Assembly (NCBI GenBank): GCA_938084645.1
Contig: CALKEP010000002.1
Span: 32,001 to 96,000 of the forward strand
DNA from: an uncultured Phycisphaerales bacterium
Lineage (GTDB): Bacteria; Planctomycetota; Phycisphaerae; Phycisphaerales; SM1A02
Direction of reading: 5' to 3'
Length of the DNA stretch: 64,000 bases
Below the pieces are notes generated by a model. It was not told the DNA's origin, made no database searches, and saw nothing but the letters and a program-made list of their open reading frames with translations. The translations under genes were made by a program, and so were the position numbers. Shown piece after piece: positions 18,468 through 30,473 of the stretch (its first letter is position 1; each line of letters starts with the position of its first letter).

Positions 18468-19529
18468 TCAGGCGATGGTGATCGAGTCGTCGAGGTAGAC
18501 GTCCTGGATCTTGTTCAGCAGTTCGATGCCCTCGGCCATCGGCCGCTGGAAGGCCTTCCGCCCCGAGATCATGCCCATGCCGCCGGCCCGCTTGTTGATG
18601 ACCGACGTCCGGACCGCCTGTCCGAAGTCGTTCTCGCCGCTTCCGCCGCCGGAGTTGATGAGCCCGGCCCGACCGCAGTAGCAGTTGAGGACCTGGTATC
18701 GGGTGAGATCGATCGGGTGATCGGTGCAGAGTTCGGTGTAGATGCGGTCGTCGAACTTGCCGTAGCTCGAGTCGCCCATGTTGAGCATCTCGTAGCCGCC
18801 GTTCAGTTCAGGCTGCTTCTGCTTGATGATGTCCGCCTCGATGGTCACCCCGAGGTGGTTCGCCTGCGCCGTCAGGTCGGACGAGACGTGATAGTCCTTG
18901 CCGTCCTTCTTGAACGCGTCGTTGCGGAGATAGCACCACAGGATGGTGGCCATGCCGAGCTCGTGGGCCCGGTGGAACGCCTCCGAGACCTCGATGATCT
19001 GTCGGTCCGAATCCTCGGATCCGAAGTAGATCGTCGCACCGACCGCCGCGGCGCCGAGTTCCCACGCCTCGTCGACGGAGCCGAACATGATCTGGCTGAA
19101 GTGGTTCGGGTAGGTCAGCAGTTCGTTGTGATTCAACTTCACGATGAAGGGGATGCGGTGGGCGTACTTCCGGCTCACGCTGCCCAGCACCCCGAAGGTG
19201 GTCGCGACCGCGTTGCATCCGCCCTCGATGGCGAGTTCGACGATCTTCTCGCCATCGAAGTAGATCGGGTTCTTCGCGAAACTTGCGCCGGCGGCGTGTT
19301 CGATGCCCTGATCCACCGGAAGAATCGACACGTATCCGGTCCCGCCGAGCCGGCCGTGGTCGTAGATCGACTGGATGTTCCGCATGACCTGCGGGTTCCG
19401 ATCGCTCGTCGACCAGATCCGGTCGACGAAGTCGGGTCCGGGGAGGTGGAGCAGGTCCTTGGAGACCTTGGCGGAGTGGTTGAGCAGGTCTTCGGCCTCG
19501 GCGCCGAGCAGTTCGTGGATTGACGTCAT
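18468..19529 (-). CDS. fbaB: Class I fructose-bisphosphate aldolase
   Basis: [29 protein letters not shown]. Confidence 0.96.
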   Translation of the reverse strand: MTSIHELLGAEAEDLLNHSAKVSKDLLHLPGPDFVDRIWSTSDRNPQVMRNIQSIYDHGRLGGTGYVSILPVDQGIEHAAGASFAKNPIYFDGEKIVELAIEGGCNAVATTFGVLGSVSRKYAHRIPFIVKLNHNELLTYPNHFSQIMFGSVDEAWELGAAAVGATIYFGSEDSDRQIIEVSEAFHRAHELGMATILWCYLRNDAFKKDGKDYHVSSDLTAQANHLGVTIEADIIKQKQPELNGGYEMLNMGDSSYGKFDDRIYTELCTDHPIDLTRYQVLNCYCGRAGLINSGGGSGENDFGQAVRTSVINKRAGGMGMISGRKAFQRPMAEGIELLNKIQDVYLDDSITIA

Positions 19530-19714
19530 CTTCGGTTCGCTTCCGGGACGGTTCTTCGGGATCGGGGGGATCGGGGATCGTCTCCCGCAAGCCCGCATGA
19601 TAGGAGAAACCGAGCGGATGGAATCCGTCGCCCGTCGAGGGGTGTCGGAGATGGTGATCGGTGAATCCACGTCCGCGGGACCGGTGCCCTCGAACCCGTA
19701 CAATCCCGTCTTCC

Positions 19715-20830
19715 ATGGCAGCGAACCTCCTTCTCCTGATCCTCTCCGTCGGCGTCCTCGTCGCGGGAGCGGAACTCCTGGTCCGCGGCGCCGGGAGGCT
19801 CGCCCTTCGGTTCGGCGTGTCCCACTTCGTGATCGGCGTCACGGTGGTCGGCTTCGGCACCAGTGCGCCGGAGCTCGCCGCCTCGATCGCCTCCGCGACC
19901 ACCGGGCACGCGGAAATCGCGATCGGGAACGTGATCGGGTCGAACATCATGAACATCGCCCTCGTCCTGGGCGTGACCGCGATGATCGCCCCGATCCCCG
20001 TCAATCGAGGGATCATCCGCCGCGAGACGGTGGTCATGATCGCGGTGAGCTTCGTTCCACTCGCGGCGCTCGCGACCCACCGGACCATCGGACGCCTCTT
20101 CGGCGCGACGATGACCGTCACCCTGCTCGCATTCCTCTGGTGGTCGTTCACCTCGAGCCGCCGCGACGGCGGTCATCCCGCCGAGGACGAGTCGATCCCC
20201 GCCGCGCCCGCGCGGGGCGCCATGTCGATGCTGATCGACGTGGTGGTGATGGTCGCCGGCCTCGTGCTGCTGGTTCTCGGTGCCGATCGTCTCGTGTCCT
20301 CCGCGACGGAGGTCGCTCGCGGACTCGGGGTCTCCGAGGTGGTGATCGGCCTCACGATCGTCGCCGGAGGCACCAGCGCTCCGGAGCTCGCCACGAGTCT
20401 CATCGCGGTCGCGCGAGGCCGGACGGATCTCGGCGTCGGCAACATCCTGGGTTCGTGCATCTTCAACATCCTCGGAATCCTCGGAATCACCGCCATCGTC
20501 ACCCCGATCGAGATTCCGATCGAAGTCTTCCAGTTCGATCTCCCGGTGATGATCCTGGTCGCGATCGCCACGGTTCCGATCCTCTTCTCCGGGCATCGGA
20601 TCAGCAGGCTTGAAGGCGTCCTGCTCACCACTTCCTTCGTCCTCTACACCGTGATGCTCTTCGCGGGGTGGCCGTTCCCCGCCGATCGGGGGACCGCGGT
20701 GGATTCGCCCACCTCCGCCGTGGAGCCGGATCGGACGGCCGTCGTCGAGGCCGCCGCGAGACCGCCCGGAGGCGATCAGGCGATCGCCGCGTCGATCCAG
20801 CCGCCGCCGAGGACCAGCTCGCCGTCGTAA
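19715..20830 (+). CDS. Calcium/sodium antiporter (YrbG family)
   Basis: Two GTSAPE alpha-repeats, GNVIGSN and GNILGS; 3' end overlaps mnmA by 55 nt. Confidence 0.93.
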   Translation: MAANLLLLILSVGVLVAGAELLVRGAGRLALRFGVSHFVIGVTVVGFGTSAPELAASIASATTGHAEIAIGNVIGSNIMNIALVLGVTAMIAPIPVNRGIIRRETVVMIAVSFVPLAALATHRTIGRLFGATMTVTLLAFLWWSFTSSRRDGGHPAEDESIPAAPARGAMSMLIDVVVMVAGLVLLVLGADRLVSSATEVARGLGVSEVVIGLTIVAGGTSAPELATSLIAVARGRTDLGVGNILGSCIFNILGILGITAIVTPIEIPIEVFQFDLPVMILVAIATVPILFSGHRISRLEGVLLTTSFVLYTVMLFAGWPFPADRGTAVDSPTSAVEPDRTAVVEAAARPPGGDQAIAASIQPPPRTSSPS

Positions 20831-21909
20831 CAGACCACCGCCTGCCCGGGCGCCACCGAGGACTGTCGATCATCGAAACGAACTTCGAGCCGATCGTCCC
20901 CCACCATTCTCACCGTCGCGGGCACGGGCTCGGCGTTGTATCGGATGCGGACGGTGCAGTCCCGCGCCGCGATCGGCGGTTCGACCAGCCAGTTGGTCTG
21001 GCTCGCGAGACAGCCGCTTGAAAGCAGCGCTTCCCGATCTCCGACCGTGATGGTGTTGGCGACGGGATCCTTCGCGACCACGTAGATCGGCCGCCCGAAG
21101 GCCATGCCGATCTTCCGACGCTGTCCGATCGTGAAGTGCTGATGCCCCGGATGTTCGCCGATGGTCTCGCCCTCGCCGTCCACGATCGCCCCCGGCGTCA
21201 CGCCGGTCGAGGACTTTCGAGCGACGAGCCCCGCGTAGTCGTCGTTGGGGACGAAACAGATCTCCTGGGAGTCCGGCTTGTCGAAGACCGGCAGATCGAA
21301 CTCCTCCGCGAGCTCGCGAACCCGGGCCTTCGGCAGTCCCCCCACCGGAAGCACCATCTCGCCGAGCCGGTCGGCGGGCGTGCCGAAGAGCACGTACGAC
21401 TGGTCCTTGCCGTGGTCGACGCCGCGAAGCAGGCGACGTCCGCCGCCCTCGGTCGCGGCCTCGACCCGCGCGTAGTGTCCACTCGCCACGTGCGTCGCCC
21501 CGATCTGGCCGGCGTACTCGTGCAGTCGCCCGAACTTGAGCCAGTCGTTGCAGCGCACGCAGGGATTGGGCGTCCGACCCGCGTCGTATTCGGCGACGAA
21601 GTGGTCGATGATCCGCCCGAACTCCTTCTTGAAGTTGACCACGTAGAAGGGCACGTCGAGCTTCGCGGCGACGAGCCGGGCGTCTTCGGCGTCGCCGACC
21701 GAGCAGCAGCCCTGCTTCCCGATCCGGATCTTCGAGGTGTCGCAGGTCTCTCCCGGGATCAGTTCCTCGAGGGCGTCCCCGGGGGAGCCCAGCCGCATGA
21801 ACACCCCGACGACGTCGTGGCCGGCGGACCGCAGGAGTGCGGCGGCGACCGAGGAGTCGACGCCGCCGCTCATCGCGACGAGAATCTTGGTCGGGCGTTC
21901 GGGAATCAC
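20776..21909 (-). CDS. mnmA: tRNA 2-thiouridine(34) synthase
   Basis: AMSGGVDSS PP-loop, TPNPCVRCN, KDQSY, DSQEICF, PGQAVV. Confidence 0.97.
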   Translation of the reverse strand: MIPERPTKILVAMSGGVDSSVAAALLRSAGHDVVGVFMRLGSPGDALEELIPGETCDTSKIRIGKQGCCSVGDAEDARLVAAKLDVPFYVVNFKKEFGRIIDHFVAEYDAGRTPNPCVRCNDWLKFGRLHEYAGQIGATHVASGHYARVEAATEGGGRRLLRGVDHGKDQSYVLFGTPADRLGEMVLPVGGLPKARVRELAEEFDLPVFDKPDSQEICFVPNDDYAGLVARKSSTGVTPGAIVDGEGETIGEHPGHQHFTIGQRRKIGMAFGRPIYVVAKDPVANTITVGDREALLSSGCLASQTNWLVEPPIAARDCTVRIRYNAEPVPATVRMVGDDRLEVRFDDRQSSVAPGQAVVCYDGELVLGGGWIDAAIA

Positions 21910-22049
21910 GCCGACATCCTACGAACCTCGGCCGCTCCCTCGCCGCATCCGGGATGGCGATTCGGCACAATGCGAGCCCGCCGTGGTCGCTGCCGACCGG
22001 GGCGGACGCTCCGAACCCGATCCGAACCCACGAAGAAAGGCGAAGTCCG

Positions 22050-22568
22050 ATGCATCAGGACCTCTGGGCCCCCTGGCGAATGGCGTACCTCCGGGATCTC
22101 GAACGACGCCGGGCCGAGATCCCCGAGGGAGAACCGGTCCTGTCCGACTTCATCGCGGCGGCCTGGGATGCACCGGACCGCGATGAGGAGATGCTCGTGG
22201 TGCATCGGAGCGACGAGGGCCTGATCATGCTCAACCGGTTTCCGTATTCCAACGGCCACCTGCTGATCGCCCTCGGGGTCGCGAAACCACGGCTGCTCGA
22301 CCATACGATCGAAGAACGCGCCGCCTTCTGGGGTCTCGTCGACCACGCCGTCGATCTCGTGGAACGCGCCTTCAACCCGCATGGCATCAACATGGGTGTC
22401 AACCAGGGAGATGCCGCCGGCGCCGGACTGCCTGCTCACCTTCATGCCCACGTCGTTCCACGCTGGAACGGGGATGTGAACTTCATGACGTCGATCGGCG
22501 GTCTTCGGGTGGTGCCGGAGTCGCTCGAAGAGGTCCTGGCGACCTATCGAGCCCTTCCGGACCGGTGA
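22050..22568 (+). CDS. HIT family protein (Ap4A phosphorylase-like)
   Basis: LWAPWRMAY, LNRFPYSNGH, HLHAHVVPRWNGD. Confidence 0.92.
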   Translation: MHQDLWAPWRMAYLRDLERRRAEIPEGEPVLSDFIAAAWDAPDRDEEMLVVHRSDEGLIMLNRFPYSNGHLLIALGVAKPRLLDHTIEERAAFWGLVDHAVDLVERAFNPHGINMGVNQGDAAGAGLPAHLHAHVVPRWNGDVNFMTSIGGLRVVPESLEEVLATYRALPDR

Positions 22569-22688
22569 CCGATCGAGCGAGTCGAGGCCCACGCCCAGGA
22601 TCACGCCCGGGATGAAGGCCGCGGGGCCGCGTCGAAGGAGAGGACGCCGGTGCGACCCCCGGCGGGTCCGCCACCGATCGATCGGCGG

Positions 22689-22905
22689 GCCGGGTCGTTT
22701 CCCGGCTGGACCGGAACCCGTAGCTCAAACCCCGCGTTTAAGGTGGGTTCGCCGCTCATCGATCCCGACCTTCCACTCCAGACACCACGATTGGTGGGGC
22801 CCGTGAGGCTTGGCCATCGTCGCAAGTCGTACGACCCCGTGGGGTTCGCAACGGTTCGAGACAGGGGGTTCCGGCTCGGCCCGACAGGGGTCGCCCGGCG
22901 TCCTT
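22689..22905 (-). ncRNA. ssrS: 6S RNA candidate
   Basis: About 215-nt rod with complementary ends (GCCGGG/CCCGGC and CCGGAACCC/GGGTTCCGG); 6S-like CTCGAACC and CCCACCTTAAAC...GGTTTGAG elements; TAGAGT -10 at 22912-22917. Confidence 0.65.
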
Positions 22906-22991
22906 CCCCGAACTCTACCCCCAGTTTTCCCGGGGGTCGAACAATCCGCCGAAACCGCGACGAGACCCGGGACGGAGGTCTTCCCGACGGT

Positions 22992-23020
22992 TTGACACCC
23001 CGACGAGATGCTGTCAACAT
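22992..23020 (+). promoter_or_regulatory. Sigma70-type promoter for the lipoprotein gene
   Basis: TTGACA-17 nt-CAACAT with an extended TG. Confidence 0.55.
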
Positions 23021-23075
23021 TCACCATTCAGGGATCGGATCCGATCCCAAACCGGTTTCTTGAGGATCCACAGAT

Positions 23076-23372
23076 ATGACCACCCGAGCCGCGTTCCGTT
23101 CCAGCTGCCTTCTCCTCGCCGTCACCACCGTCGGTCTCGGCGGTTGTTCCAGCCCCGACGACGTCAGCTTCAACGCCATCAAGGGTGACCTGACCCCGCA
23201 TATCGTCGGTCTCACCGAGCGAGACGTCGACATCGAGTTGAACATGGCGGTCGTGGGCAACCAGAACCTCCGCATGTTCTGGGGTGATCTCGGCCGGATG
23301 TGGCTCTTCGACCGACCGAGCCGTCTGAGCCCGTACGACATCATCTCGACGAGCGGCCAGCCGAGTCAGTGA
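23076..23372 (+). CDS. Small putative lipoprotein
   Basis: Signal peptide with LGGC lipobox; GAGGA SD; own terminator. Confidence 0.8.
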   Translation: MTTRAAFRSSCLLLAVTTVGLGGCSSPDDVSFNAIKGDLTPHIVGLTERDVDIELNMAVVGNQNLRMFWGDLGRMWLFDRPSRLSPYDIISTSGQPSQ

Positions 23373-23422
23373 ACCTGACCGCCAACTCGAGGGATCGACG
23401 TCCCTGCAAGCCTGATCCACCC

Positions 23423-23460
23423 CACGGGGTCCCGTATCCGGGACCCCGTGTTCTTTTTTT
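23423..23460 (+). terminator. Rho-independent terminator
   Basis: CACGGGGTCCC-loop-GGGACCCCGTG followed by TTCTTTTTTT. Confidence 0.9.
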
Positions 23461-23494
23461 CGACTCCCCGCCCGTTTGAAGACGAATCCACCTC

Positions 23495-24859
23495 GTGCCT
23501 TTCCACCGCCTCGCGACATTCCCGATCCGACTCGTCGTGATGGTGGTCTCGACCTTCCACCCCCGCACGCTGCCGCCGATGCTTCGGCGGAACTACGGAC
23601 GGGAACTCGCGGCCTGGGCGTTTCTGCCGATCATGCTGGGCGGCATCCAGGGCGGCGCGATGGGCGTCGTCGTCAAGAAGACGTTCGCCGGACTGCCGGG
23701 CCTTCCTGAAGCCGGCCTCGATCTCGCCGTCGCGGCGATCGCCGCCTCCACGGCGATCGGAAACCTCACCAGTGGTGCCTGGGCGACCGCGGCGAACGGC
23801 CGTCGCAAGGTCCCCTTCCTGTCCGGCCTGATGCTTGCGACCAGCGCCTGCGTGGCCTGCATGGCCTTCACCCCGCGGACCGCGTTCGGGGCGTGGATGC
23901 TCGTCAGCCTCGTCATCCTCGGATGGATCTTCTGGAGCGCCGTGGTCACGATCCGGACCTCGGTCTGGCGAGCGAACTATCCCGACGCGAGTCGAACCCG
24001 CATCACCGGCCGCCTCGCCACCGTGCAGGTCCTCGTCATGGCGACGGGTGGATTCGTCATCGGCTGGAGCCTCGACCAGAGCGTCGAGTCGATCCGATTC
24101 CTGTTCCCGATCCTCGGAGCGTTCGGCGTGGTCGGCGCGATCCTCTACGGCGGCGTCCGACTCCGCGGACAGAACCGGCTGGCCCGAGCCGAACGCCAGG
24201 GACACCATTCCGAGCGTCCCGCCGTCAATCCACTTTCCGTGCTTCGAGTCCTGCGCGACGATCGTCGGTACGCGGGCTACATGGCCTGCATGATGCTGTT
24301 CGGCACCGGAAATCTCATGATCTCTCCGACGCTGGTGATCATCCTCGAGGACGAGTTCGACACGTCCTACCAGACCGGAATCCTCATCACCACGGTGGTG
24401 CCGCTCGTCGTCATGCCGTTCGCCATCCCGGTGTGGGCCCGACTGCTCGACCGGATGCACGTGATCTCGTTCCGCGCGATCCACTCGTGGTCCTTCGTGC
24501 TGGCGAGCGCCGTCTTCCTCGTGGCCACCGAATACCACCTCCTCCCCCTGCTCTTCGTGGCGTCCGCGCTGCTCGGCATCGGATTCGGAGGCGGGATGCT
24601 CGCGTGGAACCTCGGACACCAGCACTTCGCCCCGCCGCATCGAGACAGCCAGTACATGAGCGTCCACGTGATGCTGACGGGCCTTCGAGGGTTGATCGCT
24701 CCGTTCCTCGGCGTCGCGATCTTCACCGCGCTCGCGGCCAGAGGCCACCCCGGCATGATCTACGCGGTGACCCTCGGACTGAACATCGCGGGGGCGATCG
24801 GATTCCTCATCCTTCGCTCGCGGCAGCCGGCGAATGCGACCATCCCCGGCAAGGCCTAG
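23495..24859 (+). CDS. MFS transporter
   Basis: About 12 hydrophobic segments in two halves; WARLLDRM loop motif. Confidence 0.85.
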   Translation: MPFHRLATFPIRLVVMVVSTFHPRTLPPMLRRNYGRELAAWAFLPIMLGGIQGGAMGVVVKKTFAGLPGLPEAGLDLAVAAIAASTAIGNLTSGAWATAANGRRKVPFLSGLMLATSACVACMAFTPRTAFGAWMLVSLVILGWIFWSAVVTIRTSVWRANYPDASRTRITGRLATVQVLVMATGGFVIGWSLDQSVESIRFLFPILGAFGVVGAILYGGVRLRGQNRLARAERQGHHSERPAVNPLSVLRVLRDDRRYAGYMACMMLFGTGNLMISPTLVIILEDEFDTSYQTGILITTVVPLVVMPFAIPVWARLLDRMHVISFRAIHSWSFVLASAVFLVATEYHLLPLLFVASALLGIGFGGGMLAWNLGHQHFAPPHRDSQYMSVHVMLTGLRGLIAPFLGVAIFTALAARGHPGMIYAVTLGLNIAGAIGFLILRSRQPANATIPGKA

Positions 24860-26214
24860 CCGCCCAGTCGCTCGATCACGTACGCGGCCGCGAAGACGCC
24901 GAGCACCGCGATCCCGACCCACGACCAGACGTGCCAGAGTCCGGACGGGCGATCTTCGGGTCGCTGGATCGATCGGAACACGCTTCGGTGATTGAACCAG
25001 GCCAGCGCCGGGGCGGCGATGAAGGACGTCACGGTCACGAAGTCGACGAGTCCGGTGAAGGTGATGCCGTCCTTTCGAGCGAGCCCGAACACCAGGATCG
25101 AGATCGCTCCGATCGCGCCGACGACGAAGACCGACCAGTAGACGGCGGGACTGCCTTCGCAACGCGTCGCTCCGCCCGTCGCGTCGGAGACGCCGTCCGC
25201 AGGACGCGTTCCTTCACCGAACGCCCGGAACAACGCGGCCACCGTTCTCGGGAATCCATCCGCGACGGTGACGGTCGTCGAGAGCATCGCCACGAAGATC
25301 ACCGACGCGATCAGCGGGCGTGACCAGTCACCCAGATTCGCGGTGTACAGCTGGATGATCTGATTGCTGAAACCGACCGATGATCCTCGGAAGTCGACCC
25401 CCGACTCGCGCATCAACGAGGCACCGAGGAGGACGAAGAGCACGGCGAGCACCAGCGTCGAGATGAAACCGGTGTCGAAGTCCTCGAGCACCCGACGCCG
25501 ATCCATCGAACGCCCCCTCGCTCGCGCGATCGTCCAGAGCGAACTCCACACCGCGATGTCGATCGGGGCCGGCATCCATCCCACCATCGCCGCCATCATC
25601 GTCCGGTTCGCCGCGTCGTCGATCGGCGGCAGGAACGTGAGCTCTGCACCCGCGAGTCCGCGAATCGCCATCACCGTGACGACCAGGGTCGCCACCACCA
25701 GCACCGGCATCACGACCTTCATCAGGCCTTCCAGCACGCGATACCCACCCGTCGCGAGCAGGATCGCCGTGACCGCCAGCAGCGCGGCGGAGACCGCCGC
25801 CGCCTGACCGGAATCCGAGGTGACCCCCATCGACCCCAGGACCCCTTCGACCGGCGGTGCGAGACTGAGAAGCAGACCCGCGGTCACGACCGTGACGGCG
25901 GCGAGGGTCGTGAAGAGAATCGACGCGGTCAGGAGGGCGAAAGCGACGAGGACCCATCGCCCCTGAAGGCGATACCCGTGGAGCAGCGATCGACCCGTGA
26001 CCGCCGCGTAATGGGCCCCGAATCGAAACGACGGCCACTTCACCAGACAGCCGATCACCACGACCAGAATCGCCGCGGTGCCCATTTCAGCACCGCCACG
26101 GGTGCTCTGGACGACGTGGGAGACGCCGACCGCGGCACCGGCGAACAGCAGCCCGGGTCCGAATGCCCGCCAACGGCTCGAATTTCGGGATTCACTCGAC
26201 GATGGGGTGGCCAC
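24856..26214 (-). CDS. NRAMP-like (APC fold) transporter
   Basis: FGPGLLFAGAAVGVSHVVQSTRGGA and GWMPAPID; about 11 TM segments. Confidence 0.82.
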   Translation of the reverse strand: MATPSSSESRNSSRWRAFGPGLLFAGAAVGVSHVVQSTRGGAEMGTAAILVVVIGCLVKWPSFRFGAHYAAVTGRSLLHGYRLQGRWVLVAFALLTASILFTTLAAVTVVTAGLLLSLAPPVEGVLGSMGVTSDSGQAAAVSAALLAVTAILLATGGYRVLEGLMKVVMPVLVVATLVVTVMAIRGLAGAELTFLPPIDDAANRTMMAAMVGWMPAPIDIAVWSSLWTIARARGRSMDRRRVLEDFDTGFISTLVLAVLFVLLGASLMRESGVDFRGSSVGFSNQIIQLYTANLGDWSRPLIASVIFVAMLSTTVTVADGFPRTVAALFRAFGEGTRPADGVSDATGGATRCEGSPAVYWSVFVVGAIGAISILVFGLARKDGITFTGLVDFVTVTSFIAAPALAWFNHRSVFRSIQRPEDRPSGLWHVWSWVGIAVLGVFAAAYVIERLGG

Positions 26215-26243
26215 GCGTCCGATGGTATCGGGCCGGAACCGAC

Positions 26244-26272
26244 TTTTGTCGACGGGCCCGGGCCCCTATACT
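26244..26272 (+). promoter_or_regulatory. Probable rpsA promoter
   Basis: TATACT -10 at 26267-26272 with a T-rich -35 region 17 nt upstream. Confidence 0.5.
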
Positions 26273-26413
26273 TTTCGATTCGTCCGGTCGGCAGGGACCC
26301 TTGCCGGACGAGCGGCTTTCGTCGACGCGCGTCGACCCCGCACCCGCACTCGTCCCCGGTTCGACCCGACCGTCCTCGCGACGGCCCGAGTCAGGAACCC
26401 CCCCAGAAACCAC

Positions 26414-28183
<1,770 letters not shown>

Positions 28184-28217
28184 TCACTCGCCGGTTCGTT
28201 CGAAGGTCGAAGAACAC

Positions 28218-28247
28218 GCGGGCCCGTCCTTCCGAGGACGGGCCCGC
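28218..28247. terminator. Probably bidirectional terminator after rpsA
   Basis: 13-bp perfect stem GCGGGCCCGTCCT-TCCG-AGGACGGGCCCGC; ATTT follows on plus and GTGTTCTT on minus. Confidence 0.8.
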
Positions 28248-28321
28248 ATTTCGTGGGGACCGGCATGCGACCTTAGGGCGGGGTCACCGATCCTCCCGCG
28301 AGAGAGAGTCTTGTGTTGGGT

Positions 28322-28408
28322 TCAGCACATCGCCATGAAGGTGAGACTGGTGAGCATGACGAGGCGACGACGATGGGCCGAGAACTGGAACAGCTGGAAA
28401 GCGAGCAT
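28322..28408 (-). CDS. Putative 28-aa peptide, below ORF-track cutoff
   Basis: MLAFQLFQFSAHRRRLVMLTSLTFMAMC; GGAGAA SD-like site just upstream; TTGCGT-16-CAGACT promoter-like sequence. Confidence 0.45.
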   Translation of the reverse strand: MLAFQLFQFSAHRRRLVMLTSLTFMAMC

Positions 28409-28516
28409 GGGGTATTCTCCGATCTTTGGTTTTCGAACACCCGAGTCTGCCTCGCCCGCGTCGCGACGCAAGAGCCGACGTCGATTCCACGGCACCGACA
28501 TGAACCGCCAGCCCGC

Positions 28517-30247
28517 ATGATCAGAACCCCCCCCGATGCCGTCCCCGGAAACGCCTTCCGCGACCGAGCCTCATTCGGTTCTCGGACGGTCGTGATGCTT
28601 TCCATTCTCGTGCTCACGGGACTGGCGACCGCGAAACCACCGTCCATGGAGGAGGCCGTCTCCGGCTGGCTTCGGGCGAGGGCCTGGCTCGATGCGAACG
28701 CGCTTCCCGCCGAGACGTCCGAAGAATCCCGGATCGAGATCGCGGGCGCCGAGGCGGTCGGCGTGGTCCTCCGGATGGATGGTCGGTCGATCGGACGCGG
28801 CGACGATCCCGCCGGCGATGATCGGGCCGTGCGACGAGCCCTCGGCCGCGCGCTCGCGCAGGCGTTCGGCAACGAACGGGTCCGCGATCTGCCCGCCGCG
28901 ATTCGAAGCACCCTTCCCTCGCGCCTGGCGCTCGAACTCGAGTTCGCAGGCGTCGACGAACCCCTGCTCGGAGGCACGCTCGCCGCCGCCGCCCGGCGAG
29001 TCCGACCCGGGATCGACGGCATCGCGATCCGACGCGGCACCTCGATCGCGCGGAGCCTGCCCGGACGCGAACTCGCGACCGGGACCGCGGGCGCGACCTC
29101 CTCGACCATCTTCCGACTTCTCGACGAGCTCGGACTCCCTCCCCGGGACCTGCCGCAACTCCGGGAACTGGACCAGGTGTCGCTCCGACGGTTCGAGACG
29201 ATCCGAATCGGCCAGGCCGCGTCGGACGAGTTTCCTCGGGTGCTTCTTCGATCGGGGGACCGCGTGGCGCTCGGCCCCCTCGAGCCCGCGACCATCGAGG
29301 AGACGCGGCGAGGAATCGTCGCGAACATGCTCGGCCATCGGCCGGTGGACGTCGAAGACGCGGCGGACCGCCCCCGATTCCTCGGCGACTACGACCCGAT
29401 CGCGGATCGGCACGAGCCGTTCGAAGCGACTCCCGCCGATCGCCTGCTCGCCGCGTGGGCCTTGGCGGCGAGCGCAACGGCCGGCTCCGGCGACCCCGCG
29501 CTCGACCGCCGATCCAGGGCCACTGCGATCGCCCTGCTCCGCGAGACCACCGATCTTGAATTGCAGGATCCGGCCTGCGCCGATCTCGCGTTGCTCACCG
29601 CCACCGCCCTCGACGACTACCGGGAAATCGGACGGATCCTCGAGAAGATCCAGACGGGACCCGCGCCCGCTGATCCCGTGGGACGAGCACGACGGGCCGC
29701 CGCGATGGGAGCGGCGCCGGCGAACATCGTCGACGACAAGCGCTTCGCGCAGCACTTCGAAGACGCCTGGAGCGCGAACCGCTCGGTCGACGCCATGATC
29801 GCCTCGTTCGAATGGCTGGCGCTCGCCGAGCGGAGCATGCGACGACGGACCGGCGAGGCGTCACCTCGACTCGAGGCGCTGCGGGCCGTCCGGGATTCAC
29901 TCCTGCTTCGACAGGAGACCGACGCGACGACCGACATCGCAGGGGGCCTCGAACTCCGTGCCGGCAGCAGGACCACCGTCGACGCCCGGACGCTTCGACC
30001 GGGCCTCGCCATGGCGATCCTCGAACACCTGCCGAGTGACGACCCGATCGCCAATCGTCGCGGTACCGCGGGCCTCGAGGGAATCATCCGCTTCCTGCGA
30101 CAGCTCGAGACCACGGAACGGGATGCTCGGCTGCTCCCGGGATGGCGGAAAGCCTCGGGCGGCCTCCGCATCGCCCCCTGGTCCGCACGGCAATCCGTCG
30201 CCGCGAACGCGACGGCCGTCCTCCTGCTCCTTGAATCGATCTCCTGA
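28517..30247 (+). CDS. Exported AMMECR1-like domain protein with helical C-terminal domain
   Basis: VGVVLRMDGRSIGRG, LELEFAG and PGIDGIAIRRG resemble the AMMECR1 fold; start uncertain. Confidence 0.6.
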   Translation: MIRTPPDAVPGNAFRDRASFGSRTVVMLSILVLTGLATAKPPSMEEAVSGWLRARAWLDANALPAETSEESRIEIAGAEAVGVVLRMDGRSIGRGDDPAGDDRAVRRALGRALAQAFGNERVRDLPAAIRSTLPSRLALELEFAGVDEPLLGGTLAAAARRVRPGIDGIAIRRGTSIARSLPGRELATGTAGATSSTIFRLLDELGLPPRDLPQLRELDQVSLRRFETIRIGQAASDEFPRVLLRSGDRVALGPLEPATIEETRRGIVANMLGHRPVDVEDAADRPRFLGDYDPIADRHEPFEATPADRLLAAWALAASATAGSGDPALDRRSRATAIALLRETTDLELQDPACADLALLTATALDDYREIGRILEKIQTGPAPADPVGRARRAAAMGAAPANIVDDKRFAQHFEDAWSANRSVDAMIASFEWLALAERSMRRRTGEASPRLEALRAVRDSLLLRQETDATTDIAGGLELRAGSRTTVDARTLRPGLAMAILEHLPSDDPIANRRGTAGLEGIIRFLRQLETTERDARLLPGWRKASGGLRIAPWSARQSVAANATAVLLLLESIS

Positions 30248-30473
30248 GTCACGAGGCTCGGCCGCCGAAGCCGCGGAATCGGCGATCTCGGGTCACTGGT
30301 GGCCGGCATGCCCCCTCTTCTGGCCTGTGCATGGGGTTTTGTCGGATCCATTCCCTATACTCGACGGACGTTCCATGGGTCTTCTGCGGCAAGAGATGCC
30401 GCCGAGCCACCCGTCGACAAGGTGGAACCGAGAAGCATCCCGATCGTCCAAGCACCGGACTGGAGCCCTCGCC

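Noticed and set aside
20776..20830. 55-nt convergent overlap of the antiporter and mnmA as a regulatory feature
   Set aside because: Most simply explained by a low-complexity C-terminal run-on in a stop-poor genome
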